Positions 7,796 to 14,028 of a stretch of DNA of 34,556 nucleotides are shown piece by piece (within the stretch, counting starts at the first letter, position 1; every line of letters begins with the position of its first letter). The translations under genes were made by a program, and so were the position numbers. The notes beneath the pieces were generated by a model. That model was not told the DNA's origin. It did no database searches and worked only from the letters and a program-made list of their open reading frames with translations. This DNA comes from Chloroflexota bacterium (lineage in GTDB: Bacteria > Chloroflexota > Dehalococcoidia > Lucifugimonadales > UBA1127). The stretch covers positions 10,793 through 45,348 of the forward strand of contig JAPPNT010000027.1 of assembly GCA_028873745.1 (NCBI GenBank). Reading direction: 5' to 3'.

Positions 7796-7841
7796 CCTAT
7801 CCTGAGGCACTCGAAGGGCCTATCCCGAGGCTCTCGAAGGG
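7796..7841 (+). repeat. Tandem direct repeat, 2 x 23 nt (CCTATCCYGAGGCWCTCGAAGGG)
   Basis: 7796-7818 and 7819-7841 differ at 2 positions. A partial third unit (TCGAAG at 7790-7795) precedes them. The repeat ends 36 nt before the sfsA ATG. Confidence 0.7.
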
Positions 7842-7876
7842 GGTGAACACCCCCCAACTGGCAGCCAGGAGAACCC

Positions 7877-8632
7877 ATGCGCTTTCCCCCACTCGTCGAG
7901 GCCCGCTTTGTCCAGCGGCTGAACCGCTTTGCCGCGACGGTTGAGCTCGACGGCCGCGAAGTCACCGTCCACGTCGCTAACTCCGGGCGGATGCACGAGT
8001 TGCTGCAACCGGGAAACCTCTGCTATTTGACCGAGCAACCCGCCGCACACCGCAAGACTGCCTACGATCTCACCCTCGTGGCCATCGACCGCATTGGCAC
8101 GGGCAGTGTCCGCGAGCCCTCAACCCCCTACGCCGGCGACCGTGAGCCTGCCGCCTCGTACGCCCTCGTGTCCGCTGACGCCCGCCTGCCCAACGCCCTT
8201 GTGTGGGAGGCATGGCGCGAGGGTACTCTGCCGCACCTCGGCGGCTACCCCTCCGCCCGTCGCGAAGTCTCGTACCACGACAGCCGCCTGGACCTCGTGC
8301 TGGAGTCGCAGGACAGTAAGTGCTACGTAGAGGTGAAAGCCGTCACGCTGGTGCAGGAAGGCATCGCCCGGTTCCCGGACGCGCCAACCGAACGCGGCCG
8401 CAAACACGTCTCGACGCTCGTCCGCGCCGTCAAGGAGGGCCACCGCGCCGCGGCTGTCTTCGTCGTCCAGCGTGATGACGCGGTCGCGCTCTCGCCCTAC
8501 GACGCCAACGACCCCGACTTCGGCGAGGCTTTGCGGGAGGCCGTCTCGGCCGGTGTGGAGGCCTACGCCTTCACCTGCGCCGTCAGCCGGGAGTCCATCT
8601 CGCTGGCCGGAGAGGCGCCGGTGTTGCTGTAA
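7877..8632 (+). CDS. sfsA: SfsA family protein (sugar fermentation stimulation / nuclease-fold DNA-binding protein)
   Basis: MRFPPLVEARFVQRLNRFAATVELDGREVTVHVANSGRM...YVEVKAVTLV...FPDAPTERGRKHV... matches SfsA. SD AGGAG lies 5 nt before the ATG. Confidence 0.85.
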   Translation: MRFPPLVEARFVQRLNRFAATVELDGREVTVHVANSGRMHELLQPGNLCYLTEQPAAHRKTAYDLTLVAIDRIGTGSVREPSTPYAGDREPAASYALVSADARLPNALVWEAWREGTLPHLGGYPSARREVSYHDSRLDLVLESQDSKCYVEVKAVTLVQEGIARFPDAPTERGRKHVSTLVRAVKEGHRAAAVFVVQRDDAVALSPYDANDPDFGEALREAVSAGVEAYAFTCAVSRESISLAGEAPVLL

Positions 8633-8633
8633 G

Positions 8634-9512
8634 ATGGAGGACATGCCGGTCGCACCCCACATCCAGCGCCTGCACGAACTGGCGCGCACGCGGCGCATGG
8701 TCTTCATCGCCGGTTTACCGGGCGTGGGGAAGAGTCTCTGGCTTCGTGAACTGGCGGAGGCGGCCCACAGCTACGGGCGGCGCGTCTCTCTGTTGCAGTG
8801 GGACGTCGCCCGTCAGCCTTTCGACGCCGCCGTGCTGCTGGCCCGCTACCCGGAGGTGGACGGCATTACCCACGCCGTGCTTCGTAATGCGGCTGGCCTC
8901 TGGGCCCGCGATGCGGTCGTGTCCTGGGACGCGCAACATCGGGACGACGACGCACTGCTGGCGGGCGAAACGCCCCTCATCGGGCACCGATTCGTCGAGC
9001 TGGCAAGGCATGCGGATGACGACGCGGAGCCCGCCCTCGCAGCAGACACGACTCGTTTCGTCGTGCCTGTGCCGAGCGTCGAGGTGCGGCGCGCCATCGA
9101 GGACGCCCGCGCCGCGACGACCGCGAGCCCACGCCATGAGCGGGAGCGCGCCGACGCCGTACCCAACGTACTCCGCCTCCTCTGGGGCGAACTCCTCGAC
9201 GCCGCCGCGCAACTCGCCGCCGAGCGTGGAGAAGCGCCGCCCGTTGACATCGGCTACGACCCCAACACGTATCTCGCCGTCTTCTCCTGGGCGCTGGGCG
9301 AACGCAATTGGGAGCCGTTGCCCGTCGAGGTTGTCCTGCCTTCCCAGCCCCGCTCGGTGTACGACATCGACGCGCCGGTCGTGGACCTCGCGCCGACGGA
9401 GTCCGAGGCGGAGGCGTACGTGGCCCGCGTGGAGCGCGAATACCCGGATCTCGAGGCGCTGCGGCGCGAGACTGCCGCATGGTGGCGGTCTGCCATGAGG
9501 GGGCAGCAGTGA
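8634..9512 (+). CDS. Hypothetical P-loop NTPase/kinase-like protein
   Basis: Walker A FIAGLPGVGKS near the N-terminus. The rest of the ~292 aa is not recognised. ATG 8634 follows the sfsA TAA by 1 nt (TAAGATG). The track extension back to 8472 overlaps sfsA and was not used. Confidence 0.6.
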   Translation: MEDMPVAPHIQRLHELARTRRMVFIAGLPGVGKSLWLRELAEAAHSYGRRVSLLQWDVARQPFDAAVLLARYPEVDGITHAVLRNAAGLWARDAVVSWDAQHRDDDALLAGETPLIGHRFVELARHADDDAEPALAADTTRFVVPVPSVEVRRAIEDARAATTASPRHERERADAVPNVLRLLWGELLDAAAQLAAERGEAPPVDIGYDPNTYLAVFSWALGERNWEPLPVEVVLPSQPRSVYDIDAPVVDLAPTESEAEAYVARVEREYPDLEALRRETAAWWRSAMRGQQ

Positions 9513-10195
9513 CCCGCGCGACGCCCGAGTTTCTTATGCAGGTCTATGACCGGCTCTTCGATGCCTATGGCCCGCAGGGTTGGTGGCCCGGCGCGGAGAG
9601 CCCAATTGAGGTGTGCGTCGGCGCTATCCTGACGCAGTCGGCCGCGTGGACCAACGTGGAGAAGGCGCTGGCACGGCTCAAAGAGGCCGGGGCGCTCTCC
9701 CTTGAGGCCATCCACGCCATGTCGCAGGAAGAGCTTGCCGAGCTTGTCCACGCCTCCGGCTACTTCAACGTCAAGGCAAGGAAGCTCAAGGCCTTCGCGC
9801 AGCACGTCCACGAGCGGCACGGCGGCGACCTCGACGCGATGCTCGCGCAGCCGTGGGAGGCGCTGCGGGCGGAGCTGCTCGGTGTCTACGGCATCGGAGA
9901 GGAGACGGCGGACGACATCGTTCTGTACGCCGCGGGCGCGCCCAGCTTCGTCATGGACGCCTACACGCGCCGCATCCTGTCGCGCCTCGGCGTCGAGGCG
10001 GCTGACGAACGCTACGAGAGCTACCGCCGCCTCTTTATGGACGCGCTCCCGCCGGACGCGCGGATGTTCAACGAGTACCACGCGCTGTTGGACAAGCTGG
10101 CCAAGGACGTATGCCGGAAGCGCGGCCCTCGGTGCGGCGAGTGCCCGCTGCTGGACCTGTGCCCCACGGGACTGGGCGAGGTCGAGGCGGACTAG
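9509..10195 (+). CDS. Endonuclease III-related HhH-GPD protein with C-terminal 4Fe-4S cluster loop (COG2231-like)
   Basis: ...YGPQGWWPG...ILTQSAAWTNVEKAL...IYGIGEETADDIVLYA... and C-x7-C-x2-C-x5-C (CRKRGPRCGECPLLDLC). GTG 9509 overlaps the upstream stop as GTGA. ATG 9536 is an alternative start. Confidence 0.75.
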   Translation: MTRATPEFLMQVYDRLFDAYGPQGWWPGAESPIEVCVGAILTQSAAWTNVEKALARLKEAGALSLEAIHAMSQEELAELVHASGYFNVKARKLKAFAQHVHERHGGDLDAMLAQPWEALRAELLGVYGIGEETADDIVLYAAGAPSFVMDAYTRRILSRLGVEAADERYESYRRLFMDALPPDARMFNEYHALLDKLAKDVCRKRGPRCGECPLLDLCPTGLGEVEAD

Positions 10196-10581
10196 CCCAG
10201 CAAACTGCCTACCGCCATGTGGAACGACTCCGGCGCTATCTCGAAGAGCCAATGATTGTTGAAGCGGATATTAGCTAGCTTGGCCGCGTCGCGAGGCTCG
10301 AAGAGGAAGCGCAGGTCCTCCAGCGCCACCGCCCGCGACAGCGGCTCGTAGTCGTAGCGGAAGGACTGCTGCGTGTGATCCACCTCCGTCACCACGCCGA
10401 CGCCGGGCACGCTCTTGGGGTACCGGGCGTAGCCGCCCGTGCAGTACAGGAGCACCAGGTCGCCCGGCGCGATGCCGTCCGGCCAGCCAGCGTTTACGCC
10501 AAAGTGGCCTTCCTCGACGGTCACGTGGCCGGGGAGCCAGGGGTTGCCAAAGACGGCGAAGTAGTAGCGCGGCTCCTTCAT
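10192..10581 (-). CDS. Hypothetical protein, possibly EVE/PUA-like fold
   Basis: 129 aa with native codon usage. ...GDLVLLYCTG...GVGVVTEV... and the C-terminal ...ALEDLRF...NHWLFEIAPESF... loosely resemble EVE-domain proteins. The family call is low confidence. The stop overlaps the EndoIII-like stop by 4 bp. Confidence 0.45.
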   Translation of the reverse strand: MKEPRYYFAVFGNPWLPGHVTVEEGHFGVNAGWPDGIAPGDLVLLYCTGGYARYPKSVPGVGVVTEVDHTQQSFRYDYEPLSRAVALEDLRFLFEPRDAAKLANIRFNNHWLFEIAPESFHMAVGSLLG

Positions 10582-10659
10582 GGCATTCGACTATAGCAGC
10601 CCTGCTGTCCGGCGGGGCCTTCGACAGGCTCAGGCCGAACGGTGGGAGAGGGGCGAGGA

Positions 10660-11496
10660 CTAGTCTGTCGTGAGCGCCGTGTCCTCGCGGTTGGCCCACT
10701 CGCCCATGGAGCCGTCGTAGTTGCGGACATTGTCGTAGCCCACCAGCCGCAGTGTCAGCAGTCCGTGCGCCGCACGGATGCCGCCTTGTCAGTAGGTGAT
10801 GACTTCCTTGTCCGGCGTCACCCCCGCCGCGTCCAGCAGCGCCCGGATCTCCTCCGCCGACTTCCACGAGCGGTTCGGCTCCGGGTTCATGAAGTTCGTC
10901 CACTCCAGGTGGACCGACCCGGGCACGTGGCCGATGCGCTTGTTCCCGCGCGAGTTCTCTCCCGTCCACTCACCGTCGGAGCGGACGTCAAGGAAAATGA
11001 CGCCCTCGTCGCCGACACGCGATATGCCGTAGTCGAGAGGGCACAGGACGCTGTCATCGACGACGGGGGTGAACGTCGCCGCAGCCGGGCTTGGGATGTC
11101 GCGGGAGATTGGCCGGCCCTCGTGGAACCAGCGCTCCCAGCCGCCGTTGAGCACCTTCGCATTGGTGTGGCCGTAGTGGTTGAGCACCCACCACATCCGG
11201 CACGCCGGCACGCCGCCCGCCGTGTCATACGACACCACCGTCGTGTCCGGCCCGACGCCCAGGTCGCCCATCAGCTTGGCGAACTGGTCCGGCGGCATGA
11301 CGTGCAGCGGGTCGTTGGCGTCCTTGATGAACGGGTTGACCCGAAGCCCGACGGCGCCCTTGATATGGGCCTTCTGGTACAGGTCAAACGTGGCACAGTC
11401 GATGATGCGCACGTTGGGGTCGTCCAGGTGTGCCTCCAGCCAGTCCGGCTCCGCAAGGAGCTCCGGCCTGACGTATCCCGCGGATGACTGCGTCAT
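10660..11496 (-). CDS. Two-domain rhodanese (thiosulfate/3-mercaptopyruvate sulfurtransferase type) with in-frame TGA at the catalytic Cys position; candidate selenoprotein, otherwise a nonsense pseudogene
   Basis: N-terminal domain ...VRIIDC...YQKAHIKGAV... and C-terminal domain ...FLDVRSDGEW...GHVPGSVHLEW... The ORF halts at TGA (10789-10791) after ...DKEVITY. The same frame then continues QGGIRAAHGLLTLRLVGYDNVRNYDGSMGEWANREDTALTTD to TAG at 10660-10662. That gives Y-[TGA]-QGGIR, the rhodanese C-x-x-G-x-R active-site loop. ATG 11496 is preceded by GGGGAGG with a 6-nt spacer. Confidence 0.6.
10756..10783 (-). promoter_or_regulatory. SECIS-like mRNA hairpin immediately 3' of the in-frame UGA
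   Basis: The mRNA reads CGGCAUCCGUGC-GGC-GCACGGACUGCUG. This forms a stem of 12 pairs (one G-U) with one bulged C and an apical GGC at about +21 to +23 from the U of UGA. Folded by eye only. Confidence 0.4.
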
Positions 11497-11615
11497 AAGG
11501 CGCCTCCCCTTGGTTTCCCGCCAGTATACTCCACACGCATCGCGCTCATGCACTATCATAGAGGTGCGAATGCAATGGCGGCCGGCAGGCCGTGGCCAAA
11601 AGGCTGGGAGGATTC

Positions 11616-12275
11616 ATGCTCTTCGACTTTCACACCCACACGTTTCTCAGCGACGGCGTGCTCTCGCCGATCGAGCTCATCCGGCGCGCGGTCTCGAACG
11701 GCTACACGACCATCGCCGTCACCGACCACGCGGGCATCAACGACCAGGAGCGCGTGCTCGACATTCTGGTCAAGGAGTGCGCCGAGGCCACGGAGAACAT
11801 GGGCATCACCGCCCTCCCCGGCGTCGAGCTCACGCACGTCCCGCCGCACCGCATCGCAGAGGCGGCCCGCCGGGCGAAGGCCAACGGCGCCAGGATCGTC
11901 CTGGTGCACGGCGAGACCATCAAGGAGCCCGTCGCCGGCGGCACGAACCGCGCCGCCCTCGAAAGCCCCGACGTGGACATCCTTGTGCACCCGGGCATGA
12001 TTACTGAGGAGGAGGCCGATATTGCGCGGCAGGCGGGCATCTACCTCGAGCTCTCGGCCCGCGCCGGCCACAGCCTCACCAACGGCCACGTCGCCCGCGT
12101 GGCGATGGAGGCCGGCGCCAAGCTGGTCGTCGACTCCGACGGCCACGCTCCCGGCGACCTGCTGACAGAGGAGCTGGCCCGGCAGATCGTCATCGGCGCA
12201 GGGCTGTCGAAGGGCGACTTCGGCGACATCCTCGAGACCAATCCGAAGGCAGTGCTCGACAAGGTCATGGGCTAG
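11616..12275 (+). CDS. PHP-domain (histidinol-phosphatase-like) metal-dependent phosphoesterase
   Basis: MLFDFHTHTFLSDG...IAVTDHAG...GVELTH...VLVHGE...VDSDGHAPGD contains PHP His/Asp motifs. GGGAGGA lies 3 nt before ATG 11616. The track start GTG 11592 is an alternative. Confidence 0.75.
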   Translation: MLFDFHTHTFLSDGVLSPIELIRRAVSNGYTTIAVTDHAGINDQERVLDILVKECAEATENMGITALPGVELTHVPPHRIAEAARRAKANGARIVLVHGETIKEPVAGGTNRAALESPDVDILVHPGMITEEEADIARQAGIYLELSARAGHSLTNGHVARVAMEAGAKLVVDSDGHAPGDLLTEELARQIVIGAGLSKGDFGDILETNPKAVLDKVMG

Positions 12276-12307
12276 ACATAAAGTCCGGACGATTCACGAT
12301 CAAGCGG

Positions 12308-12332
12308 CGGCGGCTCATTGTAGCGGCCGCCG
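12308..12332 (+). terminator. Possible terminator hairpin after the PHP gene
   Basis: CGGCGGCT (12308-12315) pairs with GGCCGCCG (12325-12332) across a 9-nt loop, followed by TTCT. The U-tract is weak. Confidence 0.35.
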
Positions 12333-12405
12333 TTCTGCGTCGAAAATGCGGCCAGCGAGCGGGCCTCAGGCCGGCCTCGTCACGGCGGCTTGGGCGAAAT
12401 CCAGT

Positions 12406-12433
12406 TTGACATTTGCGCCCACGCCGGTATACT
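12406..12433 (+). promoter_or_regulatory. Sigma-70-type promoter: TTGACA, 16 nt spacer, TATACT
   Basis: TTGACA at 12406-12411 and TATACT at 12428-12433, about 90 nt upstream of the 12526 ATG. Confidence 0.45.
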
Positions 12434-12525
12434 CATTTCAGCAGGCTAGGATACTGTGCTAGCCGGAATTGCCGCGCACGGGCCCTCCGTGACGCGCCAA
12501 TGGGTCAAGTAGATAGGAGGCTGTT

Positions 12526-13008
12526 ATGCAGCAGACCCGTGAATCCGCTTTTTCCCGTTCTCATGGCTCGTCCACCCTCTTTGCCAACCGCCCCCCGGTG
12601 GAGCGATTGGTCGAGGAAATGGAGCAGGAGGCGGCCCCCGTCCATGAGGAGCCGTCGATTGGCGCTGACCGACGCTACCGCTCGCAGCTCCAGCCGCCGC
12701 GCCCCAACACGGACTGGTCGGACTGGGCCGTCAAGTCGTACCGCGTCCAGGAGCGTCTCGCCTCCAACCTGGAGCAGCTCATCTGGGGCAGCATCGGCGC
12801 TTTGACGGGCACGGCGTTGGCCGCCCTCCCCGTGCTGTTCGAGGCGACGCGGACCGGGTACCCGTTCGTGCTTTACCAGCCCCTGGGCGCCGCCATCGGC
12901 GCGACGCTCGCCATCTGCACGCTGGCCATCGCCGGAAAGAGCCGACAGCGGGAGAACACGCCCTCGCCCTCCGGGTGGACGACGGCTCGTCCCGACCGCA
13001 CACGCTAG
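12526..13008 (+). CDS. Hypothetical membrane protein (two C-terminal TM helices)
   Basis: SD GGAGG lies 5 nt before the ATG. Charged N-terminal half, then IWGSIGALTGTALAALPVLF and LGAAIGATLAICTLAIAG. No family recognised. Confidence 0.5.
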   Translation: MQQTRESAFSRSHGSSTLFANRPPVERLVEEMEQEAAPVHEEPSIGADRRYRSQLQPPRPNTDWSDWAVKSYRVQERLASNLEQLIWGSIGALTGTALAALPVLFEATRTGYPFVLYQPLGAAIGATLAICTLAIAGKSRQRENTPSPSGWTTARPDRTR

Positions 13009-13060
13009 CTGAGCGCGGTCGCAGACGCTGAAGGGACAACTCGAGAGGCCGGAGGGGACG

Positions 13061-13609
13061 TCACCGGGGAAGGTCGTCGGCCATCTCCTTGTGATAGCCG
13101 TTGGTGCGCACGCACTGGTGGCCCTCCGGCCCCATCGGCGTGCCGCACAGCGGGCAGCGCGGCCGCCCCGCCGCGCACACAACCAGCGCTTGCTCCGAGA
13201 GCGCCTTGAGCTGGCCGATGTCGACCAGCGTGCCCACCGTCGCCTCCGGGCTGTCGGCGTCCTCCTGGTTCTTCGCGAGCAGGTTCAGGATGGGCCCGCG
13301 TACGTCCTCGGAGATCATCAGGCGCCCGACCTGGAACTCGTGGAACGCGTCGCTGGACTGCGCCGGCAGCGAGGTGGGCTCGTCCGTTGGGGGCGCGTCC
13401 ATCGTCGATAGCAGTTGCTGGATGGCGACGGCGAGTTGGAAGAGCTGTTCCTTTTCGAGCCACAGGCACGCGCCGCCCTGTTGCGCCTCGACAAGCAGGC
13501 GGAAGCGCCGGCTGCCCGGCTCCCCGACGGCGTCCGCCGTCAACGAGATAGCGCGGCCCAGGTCGTTCTTCGGTCCAGGCAAACCGCCCCTCCGTGCAAG
13601 TGGCTGCAC
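13061..13609 (-). CDS. DUF3090-like conserved hypothetical protein (C-terminal Cys/His knuckle)
   Basis: ...ADAVGEPGSRRFRLLVEA...ACLWLEKEQL...CAAGRPRCPLCGTPMGPEGHQC resembles the DUF3090 family of Actinobacteria/Chloroflexi as I remember it. GTG start. Confidence 0.55.
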   Translation of the reverse strand: MQPLARRGGLPGPKNDLGRAISLTADAVGEPGSRRFRLLVEAQQGGACLWLEKEQLFQLAVAIQQLLSTMDAPPTDEPTSLPAQSSDAFHEFQVGRLMISEDVRGPILNLLAKNQEDADSPEATVGTLVDIGQLKALSEQALVVCAAGRPRCPLCGTPMGPEGHQCVRTNGYHKEMADDLPR

Positions 13610-13842
13610 GTGCAGGATGCATCATAGCATAGCTAGCGTCGGGCGAGTTGCCGGATGGTCCTTGCCGCCGGGGCGCCGAATCGCCCGCCGCTCGATTCCG
13701 CAAACGGCTGCCCGAGCCACCTGAACGCCCAAAATCGGCTGCCGACGAAATCCGCAGCAGCGACTTCGCCGGAGATAAATCACGCTCCGACGAAAATCGT
13801 CACCACGCCATGTTTGTGAAGCTGTGCACATACGAATTTGTG

Positions 13843-13871
13843 TTGACACGCACTCTTCACAATGGTACTTT
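13843..13871 (+). promoter_or_regulatory. Possible promoter: TTGACA, 17 nt spacer, TACTTT, for korAB
   Basis: TTGACA at 13843-13848 and TACTTT at 13866-13871, in an AT-richer patch. It implies a leader of about 150 nt before korA. Confidence 0.35.
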
Positions 13872-14028
13872 GACTGTTGGATTTCATTCAGGCTTACGCC
13901 TTTTGGTGTTCACTGAGCGGCGGCGCTCCGCCAGTGAAAGGCGCTCTGGAAACGCCCGGTCCCCTTCATCTTTGGCACGCGGCAGGTCGCGGGGCGGACA
14001 TGAGTGCGGCAGCGCATGGGAGGTCCAA

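Noticed and set aside
7789-7843. Possible mini-CRISPR array or other repeat-spacer structure.
   Set aside because: The two and a bit units are directly adjacent with no spacers, and no cas genes are present. This is a simple tandem repeat.
7519-7965. 148-aa minus-strand ORF spanning the thyX-sfsA intergenic region.
   Set aside because: It runs through the repeats and palindrome and overlaps both the thyX 3' end and the sfsA 5' end. It has no SD and no recognisable motifs.
10642-11487. Plus-strand 281-aa ORF covering the rhodanese locus and bridging the TGA site. It could have explained the sequence 3' of the TGA.
   Set aside because: Its translation is low-complexity with no family resemblance. 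The minus-strand frame gives a contiguous rhodanese alignment on both sides of the TGA.
11497-11615. Promoter elements for the divergent rhodanese and PHP genes (TATACT at 11525-11530; TATGAT on the minus strand at 11560-11555).
   Set aside because: The -10-like hexamers are present, but I could not pair either with a plausible -35 at 16-18 nt spacing. Left unannotated.
13648-14028. 127-residue N-terminal extension of korA in the ORF track. Similar upstream extensions appear for hemQ (3346-3516), thyX (5981-6130), xdhC (30090-30317), oppF (31199-31297), the P-loop gene (8472-8633) and the EndoIII-like gene (9308-9508).
   Set aside because: The extensions are Arg/Pro/Ser/Gly-rich. They overlap promoters, neighbouring genes or intergenic repeats, and they lack SDs. 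Internal starts with good SDs give family-typical protein lengths.
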